NCBI GenBank assembly: GCA_002477825.1
Contig: DLKT01000045.1
Span: 2,126-66,125, forward strand
Direction of reading: 5' to 3'
Source: Bacillales bacterium UBA7581
GTDB lineage: Bacteria; Bacillota_I; Bacilli_A; RFN20; CAG-826
Length of the DNA stretch: 64,000 bases
Below the pieces are notes generated by a model that worked only from the letters and a program-made list of their open reading frames with translations, made no database searches and was not told the DNA's origin. Both the position numbers and the translations under genes were made by a program. Below are positions 26,210 to 35,761 of this stretch, piece after piece; position 1 is the stretch's first letter, and every line of letters begins with the position of its first letter.

Positions 26210-26871
26210 TTTGTTAGCACCTCTTTTATCTTTTTAATGATTTCACTTTTATATCTTTGATAAGCAAAGTGATTCCCTTTTTCTATCCATAATTCACTAT
26301 TTCGTAAATAGGTATGCGCTTCTTCCATTTGTTGAACAGTAACTTCTTCATCTTCTTTACCGATAAAAAGTACCACTGGTTTTTCAAAATGTTTCATTTC
26401 AAAAACAGGATATCGATGCACCATTCTTACTAATGTAGAACGAAGATATCCTTCCGCATTTAAATAATCTCTACTGGGTTTTAATGGCTTTTTTATCCAT
26501 AAGTTCCACCATTTTTTATGACGCCTTTTAGGAAGAATAGAAGGCGCTAATAAAATAAGAGGGACAGGTTCGATTCTAGAAGCATAATACATCGCTAATT
26601 TTCCACCAAAGGAGTGCCCAACAATTAATGAAATATGAATATGATTTTCTATGAGTACCCGATGAATATAAGCTAAATAATCTTCAATATCATAAGCTTT
26701 TTCTAAAGGTGCTTTTTTACCAAAACCAGGAAGATCCAGTAATATACAATTTGCAAAAAGTTGGTGGTCTTTGGCTAAATCTTCTAAATAAGAAGCATCT
26801 AGTCCCCACCCATGTAAAAAAAGAATATAAGGATAATTTTCTTGTTTTTTATGAATGATAATTCCTTCCAT
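26206..26871 (-). CDS. Alpha/beta hydrolase
   Basis: LFLHGWG oxyanion region and GHSFGG nucleophile elbow; 221 aa. First gene of the operon. Confidence 0.7.
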   Translation of the reverse strand: MEGIIIHKKQENYPYILFLHGWGLDASYLEDLAKDHQLFANCILLDLPGFGKKAPLEKAYDIEDYLAYIHRVLIENHIHISLIVGHSFGGKLAMYYASRIEPVPLILLAPSILPKRRHKKWWNLWIKKPLKPSRDYLNAEGYLRSTLVRMVHRYPVFEMKHFEKPVVLFIGKEDEEVTVQQMEEAHTYLRNSELWIEKGNHFAYQRYKSEIIKKIKEVLTK

Positions 26872-26934
26872 TGTCTTTTCTCCTTAAATCACTATATGAG
26901 AAAAAAGAAAAAAACATAACGGACCTATAAAAAG

Positions 26935-26960
26935 AAAAAAAAGTTCAACAATGTGAACTT
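26935..26960 (-). terminator. Intrinsic terminator after cdaA
   Basis: Minus strand reads AAGTTCA-CATTGT-TGAACTT followed by T8, starting 2 nt after the stop. Confidence 0.65.
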
Positions 26961-26961
26961 T

Positions 26962-27789
26962 CTATTCTTCATTCATATTTGGATTTAAGAATTCAATTAA
27001 TTTTTCTTTAAAATTGTTTGCATAGCATTTTTCAATTTTACCGTTTTGGTAAATATGAATGGAACCAGTTTCTTCAGAAACAGTAATGGAGATACAATCA
27101 TAAGTTTCAGTAATACCTAAGGCCGCCCGGTGACGAGAGCCTAATGAACCTGGCATGGCTTTATTAGAAACAGAAACGGAGTCAAAAATGACACCTGCCC
27201 GAATGATACGACCTTCACGAATGATGGTCGCGCCATCATGAAGTGGGGTACCTTTATAGAAAATGGTGCGTAATAATTCATTTTTTGGTTCCGCATCGAT
27301 ATCGGACCATCTTGAGAAATGATCGGTAGTAATACGATCTTCTTTTTCAATCGTAATGAGTGCGCCACATTTTTCATGAGACATCGCTAAGATAGCCGTG
27401 GTTAATTCATCAACGAGTTGAATACTACTAATTTTTTCTACTTTATTCTTTTTCGTACTAAAGATTCCACTAAAATGGAATTCATCACGTAAAACACTTC
27501 GAATTTCATTTCCTGTTAAGATGATTGTAGCGACCACGAAGGAAACAGTAATTACACAAATTACAATCGTGCCTAATGGCAAATTAAAGGTTAAATTCAA
27601 AACTAATAATGCACATAAAATGCTAAAAACAACACGGAAGCCTTTGGCTTTAATGTAACGATAAACAAAAACTAACACTAAGGCCATGGCAATTAAAGCC
27701 AAAATATAATCAACTAAAAAGAATGGATTTTGAAATTGCTGTTGAATGTCTTGGAATTTCGCGGGCCACTCCCACAATATATGAAACAT
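26962..27789 (-). CDS. cdaA: Diadenylate cyclase CdaA (c-di-AMP synthase)
   Basis: Three N-terminal TM helices plus a DAC domain with DGATIIREGRIIRAG and LGSRHRAALGITE motifs. Confidence 0.9.
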   Translation of the reverse strand: MFHILWEWPAKFQDIQQQFQNPFFLVDYILALIAMALVLVFVYRYIKAKGFRVVFSILCALLVLNLTFNLPLGTIVICVITVSFVVATIILTGNEIRSVLRDEFHFSGIFSTKKNKVEKISSIQLVDELTTAILAMSHEKCGALITIEKEDRITTDHFSRWSDIDAEPKNELLRTIFYKGTPLHDGATIIREGRIIRAGVIFDSVSVSNKAMPGSLGSRHRAALGITETYDCISITVSEETGSIHIYQNGKIEKCYANNFKEKLIEFLNPNMNEE

Positions 27790-27977
27790 ACACTATACAC
27801 CTACTTTCTCTTCTAAAACTACAAACGCGTCTATGAAAACTTATTCTAATCTCATTTTTTCGAGAACATTGATTCTTTTGCATCAAAAAAAATACGACAA
27901 AAAAAGACTTTTCGCCTATATTATTGCATAGGTGTTCAAATTTTAAAAGAAATATTTACCATTTTTCTTTAGAAAAA

Positions 27978-28817
27978 TCAATTAAAAATGCTAATTATGC
28001 CTAATACGATGACAACTAAAGATAAAAAAATGGCAAGCCAACCCATGGTTTTACGGTTGGTCACTACATAGGATACCCCAATACTACCAAGACAGCCGCC
28101 AATGGCAATGACAATACTTCCCAATCCTGCGGCTTGAGAAATGATTTCTTTTTGACGAAGGACGAATAAAATAACAGCGGCTAAAGTGAATAACATGGAG
28201 CATATAAACGCGCCTACAGTCACTTTCTTTTGACTACTGATATTCTTTTTTTGTGTCTTTTCTTGTGTCTCTTGATATTGTTGAATTTCTTCTACACTTA
28301 CTTCATCAAAATAAGGAGATAACTTCAATTGTCCAATGATTTCATTTTGATAATTCTCTTTTAAAACGAGAACAAAACCATTGGCGAAAGATGAATTTTG
28401 AAGGGTTGTTTTCGTTAAATCTAAAGAAGTAAAGCCATAATCGCTCCACTTCATCCTTTCATCCAAAGCGAAAATATGATGGTAAGCTAAATATTTTGCT
28501 TCCGCAATTACGGTTTTTACTAATAATTCTTCAATGCTTTGATGCGCATAATTCTCATTCACAAAAGGTCCCATTAGCATTAAAGTATCCATTTCTTTTT
28601 GATTTTCATCTATAATTTTCGCTTTAACTAAAGTAATAAAACCGGTGATTTTTCCATCGCTTTCCACAACGAAAGTTAAATCTTTCATAAAATCTTTAGT
28701 AGTGCGCAGATGATTCATTTGATAATCATAGGCTTTTTGTTCTTTTTTAGAAGCCGCGCGAAGAATAAGGCTTACTTCATTTATGTCGCTTCTTTTTTCT
28801 TTTCGTACAAAATGCAT
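27978..28817 (-). CDS. GNAT-like acetyltransferase domain fused to a C-terminal three-TM anchor
   Basis: The N-terminal ~170 aa resemble YhbS-type GNAT (FVVESDGKITGFITL...). The C-terminus has three hydrophobic helices (VGAFICSMLFTLAAVILFVL, GLGSIVIAIGGCLGSIGVSYVV, WLAIFLSLVVIVLGIISIF). Confidence 0.45.
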   Translation of the reverse strand: MHFVRKEKRSDINEVSLILRAASKKEQKAYDYQMNHLRTTKDFMKDLTFVVESDGKITGFITLVKAKIIDENQKEMDTLMLMGPFVNENYAHQSIEELLVKTVIAEAKYLAYHHIFALDERMKWSDYGFTSLDLTKTTLQNSSFANGFVLVLKENYQNEIIGQLKLSPYFDEVSVEEIQQYQETQEKTQKKNISSQKKVTVGAFICSMLFTLAAVILFVLRQKEIISQAAGLGSIVIAIGGCLGSIGVSYVVTNRKTMGWLAIFLSLVVIVLGIISIFN

Positions 28818-28820
28818 TGT

Positions 28821-29627
28821 TTATTCCTCCACTTTTTTATTTTTGATCCAAGGGTTTTGTTGTTGGAAAAATGGATACTTTTCAGGATGAAAGAAGAGAA
28901 AATAAGCGCCTAAAGCGATAATTACGATAGAAATCCATTGCGAAGTAGAAAGAAGATAAACGCCGCGAATTTCATCGCCTCTAAAGAATTCAATAATGAA
29001 ACGCCAAATTCCATAACAGAAGAAATATAATCCACTCATTAAATAAGGTCTTTTCTTTTTTAATAAGAAGGTACAAGCAATCAAACAAGCGCTTAAAACA
29101 AATAAGAAACAAGCTTCATAAAGTTGAACAGGTAAAGCATACTCTCCTTCATTTAATGAAGCAAAGTGGAAACCATGTTCAGCATCAACGAGCTTTCCAT
29201 AGCAGCATCCTGATAAAAAGCAACCAATTCTTCCTAAAGCATGTCCAAAAGGTAAAACTGGTAAAATTAATTCCATATATTTACGCAAATCTAAGCCATA
29301 AAGCTTAACGTAAAGAATTCCCATAAGGATTCCTCCAATCGCCCCACCATAGAAAACTAAGCCACCATCTACGAATAAACAACGAAGGGCTTCTTTCACA
29401 CTATGGAAAGTAGGAATCATGGTAATAAAGAATAAAAATCTAGCACCAAAAGAGGCACCAAAAAGAACAAAGCAACATAAGAAAATAATATCTTTCTTAG
29501 GAAGTTGGAATTCCTTTTTCTTATGATTAATAATAAGAACTAAAACGAATGACAAAAGTGCGCCTAAAACCATCATAAGCGTGTAAGAATCAATCGCTAA
29601 TCCAAAAATATGTAATGTTGGTTTCAT
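28821..29627 (-). CDS. lgt: Prolipoprotein diacylglyceryl transferase
   Basis: HALGRIGCFLSGCCYG signature and a polytopic profile; 268 aa. Confidence 0.9.
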   Translation of the reverse strand: MKPTLHIFGLAIDSYTLMMVLGALLSFVLVLIINHKKKEFQLPKKDIIFLCCFVLFGASFGARFLFFITMIPTFHSVKEALRCLFVDGGLVFYGGAIGGILMGILYVKLYGLDLRKYMELILPVLPFGHALGRIGCFLSGCCYGKLVDAEHGFHFASLNEGEYALPVQLYEACFLFVLSACLIACTFLLKKKRPYLMSGLYFFCYGIWRFIIEFFRGDEIRGVYLLSTSQWISIVIIALGAYFLFFHPEKYPFFQQQNPWIKNKKVEE

Positions 29628-29696
29628 AGCACCTATCTCCTAACTCATGCTTAAAGAATAACATATCTTTAACAAGAAAACAAAGTTTTCTATGTT

Positions 29697-29731
29697 AAAA
29701 AAAGCTATGCACTTTGATGGGTACATAGCTT
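29697..29731 (-). terminator. Intrinsic terminator after the P-type ATPase
   Basis: Minus strand reads AGCTATGTAC-CCATCAAAG-TGCATAGCT followed by T7. Confidence 0.65.
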
Positions 29732-29741
29732 AATTTCTCTA

Positions 29742-32399
29742 TTATTTTTTGTTAGTTTTTTTCTTTTCCATACATCTTTGAATCCATTTAATGAATTCCA
29801 TAATCGGAATAATGGAAATGGCTAAACCTAAAGCAATCGCATATTCGCCTAAATCGATGTATTCAAAACCAAAGGCATCGCGTAAGAATGGCACATAAAT
29901 CACTAACGTGGTAAGGACTAAAGCACCAATCATAGAAAGCCAAAGGAATTTATTTTGGTGTTTTAAAGTAAATACGGATTTTCTTCTTGAGCGCATATTG
30001 AAGGAATGGAAAATTTCCACTAAAGAAAGCGTTAAGAAAGCCATGGTGATACCATCTGCACTATTGAGGTCACTCCAACTTCCACCTTCAATAACGTGAC
30101 CAATAAAGTAAGCCGCTAAAGTTAAAAGGGTAATTAAGACGCCTTGAATCAATACATCCGTGCCCATTTGACCGGCAAAAATACCTTCTTTCGAATCACG
30201 CGGATTTCGTTTCATGCTATCAGGTTCACTATCTTCCATACCTAAGCCAATCGCCGGGAAACAGTCGGTGATTAAGTTAATCCATAATAAATGCGGTGCT
30301 TTTAAAACAGTAAATCCTAACATAGAAGCCACAAAGATGGATAAAACTTCTGCTAAGTTACTAGAAAGTAGGAATTGAATCGCTTTACGAATGTTATCAT
30401 AAACTCTTCTACCCTCTTCTACTGCTGAAACAATGGTAGCAAAGTTATCATCCGCTAAAACCATATCCGCTACATTTTTGGTAACATCGGTTCCGGTAAT
30501 TCCCATACCAATACCGATATCCGCATTTTTAATCGATGGAGCATCATTAACGCCATCGCCTGTCATAGCGGTAATTTTTCCTACTTTTTGCCAAGCTTGA
30601 ACGATTCTTACTTTGTGTTCTGGTTGCACACGTGCATAGACACTATATTCTTGAATATGAAGGGTTAATTCTTCATCGCTCATATCATTTAATTCAGCAC
30701 CTGTAATCGCTTGCTTTTCATTAGTTAAAATACCTAATTGAGTAGCAATTGCAACCGCGGTATCCCGGTGATCACCAGTAATCATTACTACGCGAATACC
30801 TGCTTCTTTGCATTCTTGAATGGCCGCTTTAACTTCGGGACGGATAGGATCAATCATACCCGTTAAACCAATGTAACATAAATCATGTTCAAGGTCTTTG
30901 GCTTCAAAGGATGTTGGTAACGTATCAACTTTACGCATCGCAGCGCAAAGAACACGTAAAGCTTTGGAGGCCATCTCTTTGTTTTTATTTAGAATTTCAT
31001 TTCTTTTTACATCATCTAAAGCAATGATTTCTTTTCCGTTCCAATAAGTTGTACATAATTTTAATACTTCGTCTGGGGCTCCTTTGGTAAATTGCACATA
31101 ACCATCTTCAAAGCGATGTACGGTAGACATCATTTTACGCATGGAATCAAAGGGTGCTTCCCCCACCCGTTCATATTTTTCTTTTTCATCATTTTTATTT
31201 AAACCTAAAGTAAAGGCATAGTTGACTAAAGCGCATTCCGTTGGTTCACCCACTGCGCCACCTTCTTCTAGTTCAGCATCCGAACATAAAGACATTGCTT
31301 CGGCTAAAAGTTTTTCATTTTCACCATGATGTTCAACCACTGTCATTTTATTTTGGGTTAAAGTACCCGTTTTATCCGAACAAATCACTTGAGTACAACC
31401 TAAAGTTTCTACAGCCGTTAACTTACGAATCGTGGCGTTTCTTCTTGACATTTTAGTAACACCAATCGATAAAACAATGGTAACGACCGCGGCTAAGCCT
31501 TCTGGAATTGCTGCAACCGCTAAAGAGATAGCAATCATAAATGTATTCAAAATGGTTTCACCGGTAATTCCACCATTTAAACCATTTCGTAATAAATCAA
31601 CACCAAAGATTACAACGCAGATAATTAAGACTAAAATCGTTAAAATTTTACTTAATTGGTTGAGTTTCTTTTGTAAAGGTGTTTCGCCATCTTTGGCTTT
31701 AGATAAGGCATCAGCAATTTTACCCATTTCTGTATCCATACCAGTAGAAATGACTACTGCTTTAGCCCGTCCATAAACGACATTGCTCCCCATATAAAGC
31801 ATATTTTTACGATCACCTAATAAAGGTTCTTTATCGTTTTCAATTTCAATTTTTTCTTCTTGTTTTAATACCGGTACTGATTCACCGGTTAAAGCGGCTT
31901 CTTCCACTTTTAAACTTGCACATTCAATAATTCGCGCATCACTTGGAACCGCATCTCCAGCTTCTAATAAAATCACATCACCGGGAACAATATCTTCGGA
32001 ATTCGTAATTAATACGTGACCATCACGAATAACTTTTGTGGTCGCTTTTGACATTTCTTGTAAAGCTTCAATGGCTTTTTCTGCTTTACTTTCTTGATAA
32101 ACACCAAGAATAGCGTTCACCAAGACTACCACCATAATAATGATGACATCCGCTGGTGATTCGTGACTAATAATTGAAGTAATTAAGGAAATAATAGCCG
32201 CGGCAATTAAAACTAGCACCATCGGATCCTTTAATTCACCTAAAAATCTTAAGATTAAAGGTGTCTTTTTTCCTTCTTTTAATTTGTTTTTTCCAAACGT
32301 AGCTTGGCGTTTTTCGACTTCTTCTGTGGAAAGACCAAGGTCTTTTGAAGTCTCTTGTTCTTGGATGACTTCTTCAACATTTTTCAAGTACTCTTTCAT
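29742..32399 (-). CDS. P-type (P2, SERCA/PMCA-like) cation-transporting ATPase; substrate probably Mn2+ and/or Ca2+
   Basis: 885 aa with CSDKTGTLT, TGDHRDTA and TGDGVNDAPS motifs and a 10-TM layout. Preceded by a candidate Mn2+ riboswitch. Confidence 0.9.
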   Translation of the reverse strand: MKEYLKNVEEVIQEQETSKDLGLSTEEVEKRQATFGKNKLKEGKKTPLILRFLGELKDPMVLVLIAAAIISLITSIISHESPADVIIIMVVVLVNAILGVYQESKAEKAIEALQEMSKATTKVIRDGHVLITNSEDIVPGDVILLEAGDAVPSDARIIECASLKVEEAALTGESVPVLKQEEKIEIENDKEPLLGDRKNMLYMGSNVVYGRAKAVVISTGMDTEMGKIADALSKAKDGETPLQKKLNQLSKILTILVLIICVVIFGVDLLRNGLNGGITGETILNTFMIAISLAVAAIPEGLAAVVTIVLSIGVTKMSRRNATIRKLTAVETLGCTQVICSDKTGTLTQNKMTVVEHHGENEKLLAEAMSLCSDAELEEGGAVGEPTECALVNYAFTLGLNKNDEKEKYERVGEAPFDSMRKMMSTVHRFEDGYVQFTKGAPDEVLKLCTTYWNGKEIIALDDVKRNEILNKNKEMASKALRVLCAAMRKVDTLPTSFEAKDLEHDLCYIGLTGMIDPIRPEVKAAIQECKEAGIRVVMITGDHRDTAVAIATQLGILTNEKQAITGAELNDMSDEELTLHIQEYSVYARVQPEHKVRIVQAWQKVGKITAMTGDGVNDAPSIKNADIGIGMGITGTDVTKNVADMVLADDNFATIVSAVEEGRRVYDNIRKAIQFLLSSNLAEVLSIFVASMLGFTVLKAPHLLWINLITDCFPAIGLGMEDSEPDSMKRNPRDSKEGIFAGQMGTDVLIQGVLITLLTLAAYFIGHVIEGGSWSDLNSADGITMAFLTLSLVEIFHSFNMRSRRKSVFTLKHQNKFLWLSMIGALVLTTLVIYVPFLRDAFGFEYIDLGEYAIALGLAISIIPIMEFIKWIQRCMEKKKTNKK

Positions 32400-32421
32400 G
32401 CTTTTCCTCCTGTCGAGTCAT

Positions 32422-32590
32422 AAAAAAAACTCAGGTATTCGTTATACCTGAGTAAAAATTCTAGTTTACACATGTATAGCGAATGCTTTACATGAGTCTC
32501 ACTTATTAAGGCTAGCCAGACAAATATGCCGTGTGTTGACTTCGCCGCGTATGGAAAATACGCTAATTACTCCCTCACGAGTCTATTGAC
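32422..32590 (-). promoter_or_regulatory. Candidate yybP-ykoY (Mn2+) riboswitch with intrinsic terminator
   Basis: Minus strand reads CGUGA-GGGAGUA..GCGUAU-UUUCC-AUACGC..CGGCAUAUUUG..AGUGAGAC-UCAUG (aptamer about 32491-32579). It is followed by ACUCAGGUA-UAACGAA-UACCUGAGU-U8 (32422-32453). Confidence 0.65.
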
Positions 32591-32600
32591 TTCAATGAGT

Positions 32601-32629
32601 ATCATAGAGAAAACCAACTCATTTGTCAA
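32601..32629 (-). promoter_or_regulatory. Sigma-A-type promoter of the riboswitch-ATPase unit
   Basis: Minus strand reads TTGACA - 17 nt - TATGAT. Confidence 0.65.
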
Positions 32630-32668
32630 TATCTCTATCGTAAATATTTATATGCTTTTTTTTGAAAA

Positions 32669-33706
32669 CTATTCCGTTAAAGGTAACTCATTTTTTGCGT
32701 CATAGAAAGTCATTTCGTAATTTCCATTTGTTGTTTTACGAATGCGAATCGAATGATTCGTTTCTTCTTTTTTCTTTCCTTTTAATAAATAATATTCACC
32801 GATTTCATCTTGTTCTTTAGAGAAGATATATTCATATTCAATATCTTTAGCTTCATTTTCGTACTCAACTTTGGTCTCAATTTTGCCTTTTTTCTCTTCT
32901 ATTTCAATAGAAACTTCAAACACATCTTCACCATTTTCTTTGACTTTATAACTGAATTCTTCTTCACCATTTTCAATTTCTCTACTGGTGATGATGGCAT
33001 TTTCTTTTCCTACACCAGTATATAAAGTGAAGGTACTTTCTTTTTCAACTTCATTATCCTCTTCTTCAATTTCGCCTTCCATTTCAAAGCGATAAGTCTC
33101 GGTATCAAAAACCATTTCTCCTTCGTAGAAAGTTTTGATTTCTTTTTCGTTCTCGTCGATTTCGGTTTTATTGTAATAGAGATAGTAAACATCTTCTTTA
33201 TTTTCTAAAGTGATGGTGACCTTATCACAATATGTATAGCCGTCTTTTTTATTTTCATCCGCTTCGATTTTGATACCATCTTCTACTAAAAGCGTACTTT
33301 CTAATAGTGGCAAGATTTTAGAGACTTCTTGACGAATTTGATTTTGCATATCTAGGGTCATGTTAGCGTTTTTTCTTCTCATCATTTGACGAGTGATTTG
33401 TTGATTCGACACAAAGGATAGCGAAGAGAAAGATTCAAACGCGAAGACTTCTTTATTGGAGGTTAAAACGGGGGTAGTTCCGGGATTGGAAGAACGATTT
33501 TGACTGACCGCATAGATGGTTCCTCCAACGAGTAGCAAGGTTGCAAATGCACACCCAAATTTCAAAAATAATCCTTGTTTTTTGGTTTGGGTTTTTCTTG
33601 CATAGGTTCTTTCATCATATTCAATCATTACCGATGAAGAGACATTAGGAACTTCTAGACTATCTAATTCTTTTTCCATTTCGACTTTCAATTTTTTGTT
33701 ATTCAT
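32669..33706 (-). CDS. Putative single-pass anti-sigma factor (non-ZAS) with Glu/Lys-rich extracytoplasmic domain
   Basis: 8-nt overlap with the sigma gene. One TM (GLFLKFGCAFATLLLVGGTIYAV) after a cytoplasmic segment of about 44 aa. No HxxxCxxC motif. Confidence 0.5.
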   Translation of the reverse strand: MNNKKLKVEMEKELDSLEVPNVSSSVMIEYDERTYARKTQTKKQGLFLKFGCAFATLLLVGGTIYAVSQNRSSNPGTTPVLTSNKEVFAFESFSSLSFVSNQQITRQMMRRKNANMTLDMQNQIRQEVSKILPLLESTLLVEDGIKIEADENKKDGYTYCDKVTITLENKEDVYYLYYNKTEIDENEKEIKTFYEGEMVFDTETYRFEMEGEIEEEDNEVEKESTFTLYTGVGKENAIITSREIENGEEEFSYKVKENGEDVFEVSIEIEEKKGKIETKVEYENEAKDIEYEYIFSKEQDEIGEYYLLKGKKKEETNHSIRIRKTTNGNYEMTFYDAKNELPLTE

Positions 33707-34229
33707 TTTCGTTACCTACCTTTTCTTTTAATTTCTTAAGCGCCACTTGGTATTTATACGTGATTGTACCTAATGGTCGATGTAATAATTTAGCAATTTC
33801 TTTATGCGTCCACTCTTCAACAACATAAAGATAAACAATTAACATTTCGTCCTTTTTTAAAGTAGCAGACATCATATCTAATAATGGCGTTTCTTCTTTT
33901 TTATCGTGAGAATGGAAATAATAGGATTCATCTTCACCTGATATCATTTCTTCGCGTTGGTGTTTTTTTAAATAATTAAAGGCTAAGTTTTTAGCGACGG
34001 TAATAAAATACGCTAAAACATTTCCATTTTTATCTTTTAACCAATCATGTTCCAAAACACGAATATAAGTTTCTTGCATCAGATCTTCCGCTACTTCTTT
34101 TGAACGCACTAAAAGGTAAATGGTTTGATAAAGAATTCGATCGGTATTTGCATACACATCATGAAACGCTTCTTTATTCCCTTTTTGAAATTCTTGCAAG
34201 TTTTTTAATAATTCCTTTGACTCAACCAT
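33699..34229 (-). CDS. ECF-type sigma-70 family RNA polymerase sigma factor
   Basis: Region 2 (VAEDLMQETYIRVL) and region 4 HTH (WTHKEIAKLLHRPLGTITYKYQVALKKL). ATG 34229 with a GAGAGG RBS is preferred to the GTG at 34244. Confidence 0.75.
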   Translation of the reverse strand: MVESKELLKNLQEFQKGNKEAFHDVYANTDRILYQTIYLLVRSKEVAEDLMQETYIRVLEHDWLKDKNGNVLAYFITVAKNLAFNYLKKHQREEMISGEDESYYFHSHDKKEETPLLDMMSATLKKDEMLIVYLYVVEEWTHKEIAKLLHRPLGTITYKYQVALKKLKEKVGNENE

Positions 34230-34337
34230 AAATTTACCTCTCACCTAAGTAACAAACGAAAATTCATTTTTGTTGGAAAAATTTTATATTTCTTTTTTAT
34301 TGTAAACAATAAGTTTCAACAAATTAATAGAAAACCT

Positions 34338-34366
34338 AAAAAAAAATAGGAGTTTTTTTCTCCTAT
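34338..34366 (-). terminator. Intrinsic terminator after the His-rich helical protein gene
   Basis: ATAGGAG-7 nt-CTCCTAT hairpin followed by T9 on the minus strand. Confidence 0.7.
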
Positions 34367-34383
34367 TTTCTTCTATATTCTCT

Positions 34384-34872
34384 TTAAAAATGTTTGGGAT
34401 TCATATGATGTTCTTGATACGTTTCAATTTTTAAATAATCATGGGCATGCATTTTAAGACGTGTAAGTAAATTATCGTAGTCTTCCAATACCTCTGTAGC
34501 GGCATGTAGGAAATCTGTATTCATATTCGCGTGATCATATAAGAAGGTTAAAGCGCCTTCAATCCCCATTTCCATCGCGTCAATTCCTAAAAGAATAATA
34601 TGGAAATCATCTTTTGTTCTCGCCTTCATTTTGGTCATCCAAATCGCCATTTTTCCACCACAAGTTAAGCGGGCATTATAGTCTACTGATAAATCTTGCA
34701 TGACAGACTGAAGGTTTTCTTCATGATTTTTAAAAACGTGAAGAATATCTACAAATATTTTTTTAGAAGCAATATCTTTGGCATTTTTTTCTAAAACGCG
34801 CATAACTGCGCTTCCCATATGAACCGAAGAAAGAAACTTTTGCATAGCTTTTGCATCATTCATTATTATCAC
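34384..34872 (-). CDS. Hypothetical all-helical (ferritin-like/four-helix-bundle?) protein with His-rich C-terminus
   Basis: 162 aa, predicted helical throughout. The C-terminus reads HAHDYLKIETYQEHHMNPKHF. No family recognised with confidence. Confidence 0.35.
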   Translation of the reverse strand: MIIMNDAKAMQKFLSSVHMGSAVMRVLEKNAKDIASKKIFVDILHVFKNHEENLQSVMQDLSVDYNARLTCGGKMAIWMTKMKARTKDDFHIILLGIDAMEMGIEGALTFLYDHANMNTDFLHAATEVLEDYDNLLTRLKMHAHDYLKIETYQEHHMNPKHF

Positions 34873-34912
34873 CCAATAGTAGTATGTGCATAACGAATGA
34901 AATTAACAAAAA

Positions 34913-35761
34913 CTATTTTACTTCATTTAAAAATGTAATTTTGGCAGTGCTTAAATTCATTTTTCCTTCTATTTGATAAAGTTCTTGATTCACTTCAGTA
35001 TTCTTAACATTAATAGAACTTAAGAAATTCTTTTTAACCTGTATAGCATATTCTTCTTTTGCCGCAGTTAAAGAAACATTCAATTGGCTTAATGAGGCTT
35101 GGAAAGAAAGCTTTTTAGTAAATAATTGATTCATCGTTACTTTTCCTGAAGATTGCTTGATATTAGTTAATTCATCAAAAGAAGCATTTTGAATGGATAC
35201 TGTACCTGCATAGGTTTTAATTTCTAGCCGATTACCTTTTAAAGTATCCATTTGTACTTTTCCACTGTAGAGTTCTATTTTTTGATTATTTATCGTAAGA
35301 TTTTGAGCAGTTACGGTACCTTTTCTAATATCAAGGCTTAAATCTGTTATGGTCCAAGAAGTTGGGATAACGATATCTAAAGTACCTTTTTTTTCAAAAT
35401 AACCAAAAGGATTATACCAAGGATTGGGCTTAGAGAGTAACCTACCTTTAGATATACTTAATAAGCCATTAGAAGATATTGTAAATTTTACATCATTTTC
35501 TTCATAAGCGGTATAAGATAAGCTTAAACTGCTAGCACTATCGCTTGTTGAAAGATTTAATTCACCATAATAATTAATAATTTTTAAAGATTGTACTTTG
35601 CTTTGATATTCTTCCTTAGATAGTTGAGCATCAAAAGCTTGAAGTTCTCCTTTTTTATAATAAGAAAAATCAAACTTCATTCCAATTGCGCCCGCTAAAG
35701 CTAAGGCAGTTCCAAGGGATGCAAAGACAATACAAGTTATCCATCTTTTCTTCATTTGCAT
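34913..35761 (-). CDS. DUF4097-family (LiaG/YvlB-like) beta-repeat protein, membrane anchored
   Basis: N-terminal TM, then repeated KGTVTAQNL / SGKVQMDTL / AGTVSIQNA / SGKVTMNQL strands typical of DUF4097. 10-nt overlap with the DUF1700 gene. Confidence 0.65.
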   Translation of the reverse strand: MQMKKRWITCIVFASLGTALALAGAIGMKFDFSYYKKGELQAFDAQLSKEEYQSKVQSLKIINYYGELNLSTSDSASSLSLSYTAYEENDVKFTISSNGLLSISKGRLLSKPNPWYNPFGYFEKKGTLDIVIPTSWTITDLSLDIRKGTVTAQNLTINNQKIELYSGKVQMDTLKGNRLEIKTYAGTVSIQNASFDELTNIKQSSGKVTMNQLFTKKLSFQASLSQLNVSLTAAKEEYAIQVKKNFLSSINVKNTEVNQELYQIEGKMNLSTAKITFLNEVK

